Under the pieces are notes generated by a model that searched no databases, was not told the origin of the DNA, and saw only the letters and a program-made list of their open reading frames with translations. 64,000 nt of DNA from Lama guanicoe (Eukaryota): NCBI GenBank assembly GCA_013239625.1, contig MU054925.1:34079538-34143537 (forward strand), given 5' to 3'. This document shows positions 38,590-51,199 of this stretch, in pieces (position 1 is the stretch's first letter; every line of letters begins with the position of its first letter). Made by a program: the position numbers and the translations under genes.

Positions 38590-41010
38590 AGCGTTGAGTC
38601 CAGCAAGTGGTACTGGAGCCAACTGGATATTTGCACAAAGAAACACAAAACTGAATCTGCACCTCACACACCACGGGAAAACGAGCACAAATGGGTCACT
38701 GGCCAGAAACTACGGAAGCACCAGAAGAGAAGAAGCCAACCCTGGCGCAGGCGAAGGTCTCCCGGCTGGGGCACAGAACACAGGAACTCCGTGAGAGAAT
38801 GCTGATGACCTTTATGCACCGGCACTGTGACCTGCCACCCGGACCCTTCCTCAGAAATGAAGGGTTTGAGCCCAGCTGCTGGAAGTGCCCCACAGACAGC
38901 GGCGGGCTCCTCCGGCTCAGCAGAGCAGGGCACCGGGACGGCCCAGTCCTGCCTCCTTCCCCCCTATGCCCCTGGCAGCTGCCCCTCGGCAAGCCCCCCC
39001 GCTCCCTGACTTCTCTCTTAGACTTGCCTTCCAGGGAAGCTCGCCTGAGACATGGGGCTTCGGTAAAATTAAAGCAGCCTGTGCTCTGATATACACCATT
39101 AAGAAAATGAAGAGGGGAGCACAGACGGGGAGGATGTGTTCCCAATACACATATCCAGCAAAGGACGTGTGTGCATCACATATAAAGAACCCCTAGAGTC
39201 AGCAACGAATGTCAACCCAGGGATAAAATGGCAACGGTTCCGAGCCGGGGCTTCACACCAGGGTTTATAGTCATGGTCAATATGCACATGAGAGCCCAGA
39301 AAGGTTGGGTCTGGAGCATCTGGTGGTGCAAAGCGTCGGGAGGGGCGCAAACTCAAACGTCAAGAGGACACAGGAGCCAACCAAAGGGCCAGTGACAAAG
39401 AGGGGCCTCTGAGTGACAGGACAGTGCACGCTGAGCTGGATTACAGCCCAAAGTACAAAGTAACACCAGGAGTCCACCCGGGAGTAAATGAGGGAACGGA
39501 TGAATCTCCCGGACAGAAGAATTTCAGATAATTTATGAAGACACCCCGCTACCCCAGGGAAGTGGAGCTGAACTCTCGTCTCCTTGAGTGTGGGCCGCAC
39601 AGTGACTTCTTTCCAAGGAGCTCGGCATGGGAACAGAGTCACTCACGTGGAGAAATGTGACAGCACGAGCTCGGCCAGGTGGTCACGGTCCACACCAGCA
39701 GAGATACGTCAGGCTGACAGCAGGCAGGCCCTCGGATGTGCCAGAGGGGACGGGCCCTTTGCCCCTGTGGTCCTCTGCACAACAATACGTACGCCTGTCT
39801 GACCACGAGAAAAACGTTAGACAAGGGCCAACAGAGGACACCCTTCAATACTCCGACCAGCACTTCCCCCAACTGTGCAAGTCACCAAAACAGGAGAGTC
39901 CGAGAAACGGTCCCAGCCAAGTGCAGCGCGTTCTGGATACAAAAAGCGCATTAGGTAAAAACAAGAGAGGCTGAGTGGAACATGGACTTCAGTCAATAAT
40001 AATGTAGTGATGTTTGCCGTGAGTTGTGGCAGATGTACTGTGCTCACGGAAGGTGCTAACATAACACGGGAAATCAGGTTGAGGTCGTGGGAGCCCCCCT
40101 ATCTTCACAGACCTTCTGTAAGTTTAAACTCTTCTAAGATAAAAACGTTTATTTTAAAAAGTTAAGCGCGTAATTAGCCACCCAGGAAATGCAAATCAGA
40201 GCTACAGAGAATCGCCCTCCACAGACACTAGAAGAGCTGAAGGCAGACAACAGCCGAGCGCTGGCGAAGACGCGGGGCACGCAGGCCCCTCCCGCCCTGA
40301 CTGGTGCAGCCAGCACGGAGCTGCGACGGTCTTTATAAAGCAAAACGAGCACTTGCTGTTTGACCCAGAAACTCTACTTCTGGGTGCTTACTCAGGTAAA
40401 ATGCAAATGTACGTCCACGCAGAGACTTGCCTGTGAACCTTCGCATCAGCTTTCTCACAATTTCCCCAAACTGGAAGCAACCCAGACGTCCATCGGCCAG
40501 TGAACCGCTGCGTTCACACAGCCAAACACCAAGCAGCACTAAAGAGAAAGGGCCATCCCACACCACAGCTGAGCTAAGGGCACCAGGCAGAAAAGCACTG
40601 GCCACAGGTCCCATTCATGTGGAATTCGAGAACAGAATGGGCAGAGGACCTTCAGGGACAGAGAGAGCACAGGGGCTGCAGGGGTTGGGGGAGGAGTGGG
40701 CTGCAAAGGGGCTGAAACTGTCCCACATCTTCACTAGTGTGTGCGTTTATCAAAGCTCACTGAACCGCGTGCTGAAAAAGGATGGCCTTGGAACATACTT
40801 GTTGGCAGTGTTCCTGCCAATCAGAGGTCTATATATTAAGTCCTAAAGTGGATTAACGAAAAAGAGTTGGAGAGTTCACATTTATTGAATAACCATTGTG
40901 ATACAAGGTGGAATTCCAAATAAAGAAGTTTCACTTTCTGAAATTAAAAAAAAAAGAATGCATTCTACTGAACATAAATTGTACCTATAAAAAGTTGATT
41001 TTAAAAAAAG
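38590..41010 (+). mobile_element. Cluster of old L1M ORF2-end/3' UTR fragments
   Basis: caggaaatgcaaatcagagc; ccccaaactggaagcaacccagacgtccatc; A-rich tails at ~40950-41020. Confidence 0.75.
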
Positions 41011-41179
41011 AGAAAAGAAACAAACATAACATTGGACCTCTTGGAGGAACTGCATTATTTACACAGTAATTTTACAAGAGTCTTTTAAACAACACTACGG
41101 CTGCCATCCTGTTCCCACGAGTCTCCCTGCTCTCCTCCTGGACCACCGAGCTCGCACCCACAGGTTTGAAGCTTGCAGG

Positions 41180-41900
41180 GATGTCTCCCACCCGGGTCTC
41201 CAGCTTCAACATTTTCTCTGAGCTCCTGACCCCAAAACTGCCACTTGACTTCCCCACACTTCGTTGCTCAAATCTCCTTCAGCCCAATGTGTACAAGCCA
41301 AGCTCCTGACCTTCCCACTCCGAGCAGATTCCAGGTACATCCTCCATCTAAACACATCCGCTCCTTCCTTCCAGGGTGCGTCCAGACCCTCCGACTTTGG
41401 TTCCTTCCCTCGTGAACATCTCTCTAACCATGGACGTACTCCTTGTCTGCCTCCGACCACCCCATCCAACAGGACACCACCTCCAGCCCAGGGGACCGCG
41501 GCAGCCTCCCGTCCTCCTGATTTAGGCTGGGCACCCTCAGTCTGCTCTCCACGTCACTGCCAGCATGGTCATCCATGACATGTTAATCCCATCACCAGGT
41601 CTGCCTCCCCTGGAACCCTTCGGTGGTTTCCGCTGTGCTAACAAGACCAGAACCCGAGTGGTCCCCTTCAGCTACCCCGGCCGCCACTCCAGCTGGGATG
41701 GGGGGCTCCCCTGCGCCGAGCGTGTGCTCTCCCCCCGCCCGCCCGCCCCTCCCCCCTCAACCTGGTTCGAGTCCACTAATCTTTCCCATTTCAGCCCAAC
41801 ATACCCCTCCCTTGGATGAGGGCTTTGACACCCACCTGCCCCACCCCACCAAACCGAATCAAGCCCTCCCATCACCACTCCCGGGGCCCCACACTCCCCT
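41180..41900 (+). mobile_element. L2 LINE remnant directly upstream of the PRR20 promoter
   Basis: ctgagctcctgaccccaaaactgccacttgac...ccaagctcctgacc in a pyrimidine-rich L2-like tract. Confidence 0.55.
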
Positions 41901-41914
41901 CCCACTGGCTCTCA

Positions 41915-42115
41915 ACACAAATGCAATCATGCATTTTTCTGTAATGATTGGGTCAACCACTCAATCTACCCTTAACGTCTGTGGCCGTTTCCTCAAGGCT
42001 GGGCCCTTTGGTAGAAAAACCCAATGAACTCCTCGGTCGAGCGAGGCGTGTCCACCGGCCCCGCCCACTGGCGCTTCTATCCAATCACGGCGGGGCCCTC
42101 CCCGGACTTATAACA
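41915..42115 (+). promoter_or_regulatory. Core promoter of the PRR20-family gene at the edge of a CpG-rich island
   Basis: CCAAT at 42021 and 42081, GC boxes at 42061 and 42089, TTATAA at 42108-42113, and CpG-dense sequence over ~42000-42800. Confidence 0.65.
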
Positions 42116-42139
42116 GCGGCCTGGGCCCCGCCGACCGAC

Positions 42140-42346
42140 CGCAGAGGGCTTCCAGCAGCGCTCGGGGAGGACGAGCCCGCGCGCCCGACGCTCCTCCGCA
42201 GGCCCCGCAGAGCCCCGTCGTGTCCGGTGGGCACCTCTGGGCCCCCGACCTCTCGGGCTCCTCTCCCCGGAAGGGTCTCCTGGAAGCGGCGCCGAAACTC
42301 CAGGCTCCCAGAGCCGCTGCAGAGACGTCAACAGCGGGGACACCAG
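42140..42346 (+). other. Putative non-coding 5' exon of the PRR20-family gene (start approximate)
   Basis: Begins about 25-30 nt after TTATAA and ends at the good donor CAG|gtacgg after 42346; the next acceptor is at 42713/42714. Confidence 0.55.
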
Positions 42347-42720
42347 GTACGGAGTGCGTTACCGTGGGGACTGACGTCCAGGGCCCTCGCGGGCCGGGGA
42401 CAGCCCCCAGACGGCCCCTTCGTCCCGCCTCTGCTCCCACCTCGCCCTCGCCTCGGGGAGGGAGAATCCCCTCGACTGGCCAGAGGTAGTCCGACCTCGC
42501 CCACCCTGCCCGGTCGGTTCGGGGATCAGCCAGTGAACCCACCCCCAGGCCGGCCCCTGCGCGGCTCCTCTCTGCAAACAGCCGAGCACATCGGAGCCCC
42601 CCACTCCGAGCTCCCCGGCTCCTGCCCGGCCGGCTGGGGACGCGGTTCCCGCCCGGCACGTGGGCGGCGGGGTGGCTTGAGCCCTCAGACTAACGGGCTC
42701 CTCTCTCCGGCAGGTTCCGC

Positions 42721-42769
42721 ATGGAGGAGAGACCTTCCAAACGCTTCTGCGCCACGGCCCCCGGTCACG
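42721..42769 (+). CDS. PRR20: PRR20-family proline-rich protein, first coding exon (MEERPSKRFCATAPGH-G)
   Basis: Acceptor ctctctccggcag| lies 7 nt upstream (exon starts 42714), ATG is at 42721 and the phase-1 donor CACG|gtgcgt follows 42769. The peptide matches the recalled human PRR20 N-terminus MEEPRPSKRLRSMAPNQ. Confidence 0.85.
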
Positions 42770-42963
42770 GTGCGTCAGCCTTCTGTCACTTCGTTTCAAA
42801 ATTTCCCAGTTTTCACTGTACTTTTGGTATTTACTTGTATGACCTGGAGACGCAAACGAGGCATTGATGAAAAATGAAACGAAGCCCCTCTCCTCACCCC
42901 CCGCCAGGGGCTCCCCGGGCGGCCTGCTCTCTCTCCTCACCCTTTGGCTCTCCCCCGCCTCAG

Positions 42964-43532
42964 GTGGACGCCCCTGGCAGGAAGGCCGCCCTGATGCAGA
43001 AGACGGAGCCCCCGTGGGAGCAGCCGGCCCTGCACAGCCAGGCCGTGCCCGCAAACCTTTTGCTTACGTGAAACCCATGAGACGTGAGACCTCCACTTCC
43101 GTGGAACCCGCTCGCCCTGCACAGAGAGGCCGAGGCCGCCACAGGGGAAGCAGCCAGAGGACAGGAAGAGGCGGGGGCAGAGGGACAGGGCCACATCCGC
43201 ACGTGGAGCTCAACAACAGAGACGAGCCCGGCCACCCCGTGGAGCCAGAAGCCAGGCGGACCCCATCCCTCCCTTTCACCCAAGCAGCAGGGCAGCAATA
43301 CCGGCCGCAGGGTCCTGACCCCCTGGGGGACCTGCTCGGGGTGAGACACCAGGGGCTCCCCAATGCCTACGGGTACTGGGATCTCCAGGGGTCCCGGCCT
43401 TCAGCCATCTGTCCCTACGTTGGGTTTGTACCCTCGGGCTCAGCCTTGATAGTCATGCAAATGCCCTTTGGCACCTACCTGTACGCAGTGCCACCGCGCT
43501 CCGCCCCCTACTATCTGCCTCCCTCTCTCTGA
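42964..43532 (+). CDS. PRR20: PRR20-family proline-rich protein, main/last coding exon; spliced product 205 aa
   Basis: Acceptor ctctcccccgcctcag|GT is phase 1, compatible with the upstream exon, and the frame is open to TGA at 43532. Motifs GPAQP..KPFAYVKPMRR, RGRGR, PHVELNNRDEPGHPVEPE and CPYVGF...ALIVMQMPFGTYLYAVP parallel recalled human PRR20 (AKPIAYVKPFRR, DVHIQLDHHGEPGHQGEPE, YPCIGF...LQVIQTPQGTYVQGVP). The exact paralogue (e.g. PRR20G) cannot be determined. Confidence 0.9.
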
Positions 43533-44314
43533 CCTGGGCATGTGCTAAGTACGCCTTTTCTCCAGGCTGAACTCCAGTCCCATTTCCGTCCCCGCCGCCT
43601 CCCCCACCCACAGCAGAGCCTCCACTTGTGTTGTCCAGACGGAGCCTGCAGGCTCCCCCTAGGATCCCGGCAGGGCCTAGGTAGGCTCCCACAGGGTGGA
43701 CAGGACTGAGGGACAAATCAGTGAACTGGATATTTGGGCACCGGGGCAGGGGGGAGCTGCAGGAGTCAGGGCGCTAACGCGGTGCTCCGTGAGGGGGAGC
43801 AGACCCTAGGGAACACTGGAGAAAGACACGAATCCTGTGCGGGTATGAGAGTGACACGCATGGACGGCACCGGGAAAAGTCCAGGAGCTGCCTGGGAGGC
43901 GAGACCGACAAGGGAGGCAGAGTCTGCCCGGCATCGACATTCCCTCAAAGCCACGAGGACATGCCCTCAGCTCGCCGAGCACGCGCCCCAACCTCGAGTT
44001 CTGTAACCAGAGTGCTCGCGCCTCTGGACCATGTGGCACAGACAGGAGGGGCTGGGGGGAGCACAGAGGGGTGGCACAAGGGCCTGAATCCCAATCACAC
44101 AGGACCTGAAGCGAGGCTTCCTCTGACTTGATAGCGCGCAGGCTGATGAGAGTTGCCCCTTCCTATGAAAGCCAGCTTGAGCTGAGTTTTTTGCTGCCTG
44201 CAGTGAAAGCACAGATAATGTTCTTCCCAGGGAGAAAGACGAGTGGGCAGAAAAGAGAAGTGGGCTGCAAGGACCGAAAAGTGAGGAAATGAGTAAACTG
44301 TATTATTAAGCCTG

Positions 44315-44320
44315 AATAAA
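44315..44320 (+). terminator. Candidate polyadenylation signal AATAAA for PRR20
   Basis: First canonical AATAAA I see after the stop codon (~780 nt downstream). Confidence 0.5.
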
Positions 44321-46369
44321 TGTGATTCTCCAAGATGAATAATCAGGAACTGAAATTCCCAGAGGCACTGACAGAGGAGTTTGGATGGAGAGGTTCAGAG
44401 GAGCTAAAAATTGCTGAAATCTTGTCTAGTTCCCGGGGATGCCATCGATGCTGCATCTGAGAGGGCAGGGGACTCGGGACGTTTTCACGCATGTGTCCCC
44501 ACTGGTGACCTCTAGTTGAGCTGGAGCAGGATGAGTAATTCCAAACAGATTGAAGAACAAGTGATCAAAGAAAATTTGATGAATCAAACAAAAGGCATCG
44601 GGGGTGACAGAAACAAGGAGAAAGCAGCACACGTTTAAAATGCTAAGTGAGGAGTGAGTGGATGGCGGCCTCCTCCGTGCTCCTGGCTTCAATGAGAATA
44701 TTTTAAACATTTCCCCGTTAAGCAGGTGCTTCGTGCAGTCTTCTCACAGACGTGCTCAGCCAGCCCAAGATCACTCCCATCTTCTCAGTCGGATGAAAGA
44801 TTCATTACGAATTGGATTTTGTATTTTATTAAGTAGGCTCTGACCGCCTGGTTTGGATTCATTTGTGAGAGAAAACATCTGTGGAGAATGAAGAGAGTTT
44901 TTCCCATGAAAGATGTTTTTCTTGTGTATTCAACGACCCCCTAAATAAACCCTTCTCTCTGGCTTCTACTGGAGTACATCTTTTATTGAAATCTCACAAT
45001 TTTCATCTTACCAATGTCAGAGGAGTTAACTGCAACCAGAAAAAGAAATACAAAGACAAAAATGAGTGTCCTCCCCTCCCCCACCCATGTCCTGTCCCCA
45101 CGGTCACACAGGACAGCCAAGGCATCTCTGCGGTTTGACTTTACCGGAAGGAGGCACGCTGTCCTCCTGGGGTCCGGGCAGGTGACAGGTGTGGTAGGTG
45201 CGGTGGGAGCTGCTTCTGGCCTGGCACTGGGACCTCCCTGCTGGTCTGCCAGCCTGCACCCCACGCTCACGCTGTCCCCTCCCTGGGAGCAGGTGACCCT
45301 CCGTGAGATGCACACACTCAGGCTGTACGGTGCCCTCCACTGATGGGTGTGCCCAGGGAGTTCCCACCCCTAGAACACCTGGCTCCACACTTGCAGTGGC
45401 GTCTTCAGGCCTGGGTCTTCTGATTTTATAACCTAAATCCTCAAAGTGAAATTCCCGTGTCCAACAGCCCAGTAGTGTTTTACTTTAACAGATACTAAGA
45501 AATGGCGTTCCGTTGGGCTGGAGCAGCATCAGCTCCCCGCAGTGGGCCACGAGGCCACCGGCTTCCCCAGTCTCCCTGGTAATAAACGTCGGGGCTCCGC
45601 CATTTTTGCCAATCTCTTGAATATAAATATGTCATTATTGCTCTAATTTGGTTTGTCTTGACTACTAATGAGGTCTGGTATGTTTTTATACATTTATTGG
45701 CCACTTCACTTCTTTCTCTGTTAACAGCCAACATGTATCTTTTGCACAATGTTCTACTGGGGTTTTAAATTGTTTTCTTATCAACTTGTGGGAACCTCCT
45801 GTATATTAGTAACAGCAATACTTTCTCATCCGTGGGTGCTTCCCGTTCCCACCTGCCTCTGCCTCGCACTGGTGGTCTGATGCACGCCATGTGTGCAGCC
45901 CCAGCTGGTGGCCCCCCTCCCCGGGGCCAGGGGGTCACGCCTGCCCCCGCGGCCCACCTCACAGCGGCGAGGAAGTGTTCTTCCAGTTCCAGATCACAGC
46001 CACTTCACTGTTGAGTCATCGTCCAGGGAACACGTGCCCACTCAGGGCTTCCGGGAACAGCTCAGTGTTGCCCAGTCCTCGCTCTCTGGGGCCTTCTATC
46101 TGCATTCCTGGGAGAGTTGCCAACGTCCGGGCATCAGGAGGCGCCTTCTTCCTTCCACTTCTATGCGCCTTTAGTTTCTTTAGTTTGGTGTTTCACATAT
46201 CGGAGGGATGGCCAGTCGATAATGAGACGCATGTTCAGCTTTTATTAAAGGGATGTGTACCCTAAAACTTGAAGACCACTGCTGTCCATTATTTATATAC
46301 AGTATTTTATATATATTCTTACTTAGGAAGGAGACAGTGTTTCAATAAGGAACCTACGTCAAGGTAGTA

Positions 46370-46775
46370 CGATGTATATGCTAAGTGAAGTCAGCCAGAG
46401 AGAGAAAGAGAAACATCGTATGATACCACTTATCTGTGGAATCTAAAAAAATGACACAAATGAACTCATTCACAAAGCAGAAACAGACTCAGACACAGCA
46501 AACAAACTTACGGTTACCAGGGCGGGGAAGGGGTGCGAAGGGCTAAACCAGGAGTTCGGGATTTGCGAATGTTAACTCCTATGTATAAAGTAGGTAAACA
46601 ACAAGGTCCTACTGTAGAGCACAGGGAACTATATTCAGTGCCGTGTAATCACCTGTAATGGAGAAGAATCTGAAAAGGAATATATGCATGTGTGTGTACG
46701 ACTGAAACGTGCTGGACACCGGGAACACACACATTGTAAACTGACTGTACATCGACTAAAGAAGAAAAAAGAACA
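46370..46775 (+). mobile_element. Relatively young 5'-truncated L1 3' end with A tail
   Basis: atgctaagtgaagtcagccagagagagaaaga...ggaatctaaaaaaatgacacaaatgaact...aacaaggtcctactgtagagcacagggaactatattca...acattgtaaactgactgtac. Confidence 0.9.
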
Positions 46776-47199
46776 GTCCAGGCGCTGCTCCGTCTCACTG
46801 GGACGTGCGTGTTTACACCTTCACACCGAACAAGGCACCAGAAGCCTCGTCCACCCGTAGTCGCCTGAGCAGGAGGATGTGTCTGAGGGCCTGGGAGCCC
46901 CCTGGAGGAGGACCGGCCCCCACGTGCACGGGAACGAGGCAGGCGCCCGCGGGCCCGCTGCTGCGGGCCTTCCTCCGTCTGCTCTCACCCGGTCTTCCCC
47001 CAGGCGCTTCCGGTCTGCACAGGAGCGCTCTGGACGCCCCTGCCCTCTGGCAGCTGGAGGACCCCCACTCTCTTTCCTGCTCTCCACGGATAAGACTGCG
47101 TTTTCTTCACTTCACCTACTCCCGTTGGGAAGTTGTACAGGGAATTGGGGCGAACCACATGAAACTGCCATCCCCTTGGTCAAACATCTGCCACTTGAC

Positions 47200-48350
47200 G
47201 TGGTTCAATCCAACACTATTCCGTTAATTTTTTAATACACGTACTTGACTTAACAACGTCAAATGTCAGTCGATCTCCCAGGACTTCTGAACATGTTCAC
47301 TCCGATCACTGCCGGTTCCGTTTCACACGGCATTGCTGTACTTTGGTTCCGTCTCATCATCACTGAAATTATCATCCACAGTCAGTGCTTATTGTCAGTA
47401 CTTCTCCCTCTTTTTCCGTGTTCCACCAATCCCTGCTGCCTTCGTGCAGTCCTCCTTTGTCTGGAGCTCAGGCTCCCTCTCCCTGAAGTGCCTTCCTGGG
47501 AGGTTTTCAGTACGGTTAACAGGACGCCCCCAGCCCGCCTGAACATGTCTTGCCATCACGTGCAATCTCGCACAACAGTTTAGCTCGATGTAAAATTCTG
47601 GCTTGATGCCTGTTTTCTCTCAGTGCTCTGAAGGCATTTTCCTTTGTTTTGGCTGCTCCCGTTCAGAAACTTCTCGAAGCCCAGACGCTGTGCCTGGGAG
47701 GTAAACTTCTGTTCCTCCCCGGGCCCTTTTACAACATCCTTTCTGTCTCTGACGTTCTGAAGTTCCCCTAGGAGACGTTCACACGTACATGGCTTAACAT
47801 CACCCCTAGGTGCAGCGAGAGCCTTCTGTTTGAGAACACGTTTAATAGAAAGTGGAAGATTCCACGCTCTTACCACTTTCACGTTCTCTCTTCCTCCGTC
47901 GGAAGCCCTGGCCGATGTACGCTGGGTCCGATCATTCTAGCCTCTGCGCCTTCCGCCGGCCTTCCTCAGATCTGTCTTGATTCACCAGGTTTTCAGCTCT
48001 GTTCAGTCAACCCTTTGATTTTCGTTTAATTGATTCCTAATAACCCATTTTGTTCTTTTCTAAATCCACTGCGAGACGTGGTTTTTGCTCTTTTCTTCCT
48101 AAGGCCAATTTTTATAAGGCCAATTTTAGTTCTTTCATCATGTTGAATATTGCTGTTTTATAATTTCTCAGATTTTTCAGTTAGCTAAAATTTTCAGGGG
48201 ACAAGTCTTCCTGGGTTTTTTCTGCCAGAAAAATTTCACTCACGATGGAATCATCCCCTTTTGGGTGTCTGTGTGGCTGTGTGTATGCATATTTATCTGA
48301 CCCCAAGCAAGTTCTACTGTGGAACTTCCTGGTGCCTGGCTTGTTAAAGT
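47200..48350 (-). mobile_element. Old L1M fragments
   Basis: Antisense L1 ORF1-like text (aattctggcttgatgcctgttttctctcagtgctctgaagg). Confidence 0.5.
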
Positions 48351-49499
48351 GACTTTTCCTGGTGGCTGGTTGTGGTTTATGCCAGGTTTTGGGGGTGCGG
48401 TGGGCACCCCATCCCCCGGGCCAGACTCCTGTTAGCTTCTTGGCTGCGGTCCCCTCACCAGGAGGCAGTGTTTACAGCCAGATTCCAGGTCCTCAGGAGG
48501 GAGAGCCCAAGGCTGGCTTTCCCTTGAGGATTATGCCCCAGACACAATCATGGAGGGGCCAGGCCTCCCTCTCCTGGGCAGGTGTGTGAAGTTCATTCAT
48601 TCCCACCCCCACATGGGGGCTGTAGGGGTCCTGGCTTTTCTGGAGTCACCTCAGCTTCAGTTCCTCTCCTCCTGAGGCCAAGTGTGTGCACAACACTCAA
48701 GCCTCCTCCCTGTGGCCCCAAACCAGCCGGAGCTGCAGGGGCCCCCACGCTCTCTGCCTCCCTCTGTGCTCCCGCACTGGACGCCTCCCCTCCTTGCTCG
48801 CCGTCTGTGCCTCGCACGGGCCTGCGCGGGCAGCACAGAAAGGAAAGCTAACGGCACCCGCTCTGGGGCCAGCCTGCGTGGGTTCCCACCCCAGCTCCAC
48901 TGCCTGCAAGCTGTGTTCCCGCAGATGAGCTCCTCGCCCTTGTGGTCTCAGCCTTCCTGGCAACGACACGGGCACAGGAGCATCGGCCCCACAGGACAAC
49001 CAAGCCAGGTGACAGCTTCAGGTGCTGACCCACTGTTATTTCAAAAGCAGGCAGGGGTGGTTCTGCCTTATCCAGCGCTCTATGTGCTGATCCATGTTTC
49101 CTTGGGTCCACACTTAATCTTGCATGCTGTTGCTTATGGCGTAAACTGTATGCTCCAAGGTTTTCAGAGCTCTGGCTTTATTCTGAGGGCTGCGGTACTA
49201 AACGACTTTACTGGAAGGAATGGCATCCAAAAGTAGCAGGAGAACAAGTGGACGTTTTTACTCCAGTTACGGAAGAAGTGAAAAATGGGAAGTTTGGGTT
49301 TTCTAGTGCCATGAGGCAGAATCCTCCCAAACTCAGAGAGCCTGAGAGCCTCCATTTTGTTTCACTTCACTCAGAATGTTGCAGGTCAGAAATTCAGGAA
49401 AGGCGTGGCTGGCAGTTCACGCCGACCCACGCAGCATCAGCTGGCGTGTCTTCGACTCTCACCCCAACACGGCTTCTACGCTCAATTGCAGGATTAGAT

Positions 49500-51110
49500 A
49501 CAGATCATTAATTCTCACTGATGTGTAACATCCGATACGTGAATACACGTAATTTCACTCATTCAGCCTCCTGCAGGTGGGCTGTGGGGCTGTTTACAGT
49601 TTCTCTTCCATTGTGAATGTTTCCGTGCCTTCCTTCTGGGAGGTGTGCCCAGGCACCTGTCTCAGGTGCATAGCCGGGAGCGAGCGGCCGGGCCACGGGG
49701 CGTGCGGGTGCTCACCCTCATACAGCCGCACCAGAGTGGTCGCCCAGCTGCACGCCCTTCAGCCTGGGTAAGTAACACACCTTCCCTGCGACACCCACTC
49801 TCTTCAGACGAGCTCCTTTCTGCCAGCGAACATTCTTGTACCTGCTGTAGCCTGCACGCACATCCAGATCACAGGTGTCACTCAGCACGTCTGCCAGCGT
49901 GGCCTTTCTTGGCGACAGCTGTTTTATCTTCTGCCCGCTAAGTTTTTTCTTTCTTCTTATCACTGTCTGAAGTGCTCTGTATTCCATCTTGATACCAATT
50001 CTTTGCCACTCATGTGTTTTGCAAATATAGTTTCATATCATGACTTTTTGAACCTGATTCTAAACGTCCTTTGATTTACAGAAGCTCTTGATCTTAATAA
50101 TGAATTGAGACTTCCTCATAAGTTAGCACTTTTGTCCTTTAAGAAATCCTTCCCTGCCTTGAAATCAGAAACTCCCACCTGTACTTCCCTCTCACATTTT
50201 TTGCTTCAGACATTTGACACAAGTTCTTAACCTATCTGGAGTGGGTTTTTGGGTGTAACTTAATTTTTCCCATATGGATAACCAATTCAGTTTTTTCGCG
50301 TGGACCACCAACTATTCCAGGTACAGGCTGAAAACTCCTTTCCTGGCTGGTTTGCCAGGTGACGTGTGTGTGGCACATAGAAGCTGCCTATGTGCGTGGA
50401 CGTGTGTGGAGACGTTCTACTTGCTCCATTAGTCAATCTGCTCACCCCTGAAGGAACACCTGACGGTATCCCTTGCTGAAGTCCTGCAATGTCTTCACAT
50501 CTGATAGGGCGAGCCTGCCTTCCTTCTGTGGAGACAGTTCTAATGAATTTCAATTTTAGAAGCAAACTGACAAGTTCCACAGAGGCTCTTGTTGGAGTGG
50601 TATTAATCAGCAGATAAACTGGGGGAGATTATATTGTGACATTAAAGTTTCCGGTTTATGAACATGGGATATTTCTTCCATTATTTAGGTTTTCTTTCAC
50701 AGCCTACAGGAAAAGTTTACACATTTCTGCATATAGATCTTTGTCACTCTGGTTAGATTCACCTCGTTATGTTTGTAGCTTCTGATGCTACATAAATGGC
50801 AGCAATGTTTTGAAGTTTCTTGATGCACAGAAGTACAACTGACATTTGAATCTGCAGGGTGCACACGGAGCTTACATTCAGCTCCATGACTAAACTGCAA
50901 TTGCCAGTAATTCGTCTCCAGATTCTTTTTGATTTTCTAAGTAGAAAATCGTACCATCTGCAAAAAATAACTGCTTGAATGCTTCCCTAATTTGTATGTC
51001 TTCAATTTCTTTTCTTGTCCTATTTCACAGTCTGAGATCTTTAATGTAATATGGAATCACAGTGGCGGCCCTGAGCATTCTTCTCTTGTCTGCTTTCAAG
51101 GGAAATGCAA
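49500..51110 (-). mobile_element. Old L1ME-like ORF2/3' fragments
   Basis: ttttgtcctttaagaaatccttccc; ttttccatatggataaccaatt; tttatgaacatgggatatttcttccattatttagg. Confidence 0.7.
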
Positions 51111-51199
51111 AAACAGAATTCTCTTCACCATCCGTGCGTTTCCCTGGTGGGGGCTCAGTCATGTGCGTGACCTCTGGGGGGCTAACGGCTCCTTAGGCT

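Noticed and set aside
41948-42877. 309-aa ORF over the PRR20 promoter
   Set aside because: Non-ATG start and Pro/Arg/Gly-rich CpG-island read-through with no recognisable domain; out of frame with the real coding exon.
42864-42963. MMKNET...LLSLLTLWLS as a signal peptide of the 222-aa ORF
   Set aside because: It is the intron's polypyrimidine tract; the PRR20-like N-terminus is in the upstream exon.
44520-44640. Plus-strand peptide SNSKQIEEQVIKENLMNQTKG as an exon
   Set aside because: Resembles A-rich old L1ME sequence; no splice sites.
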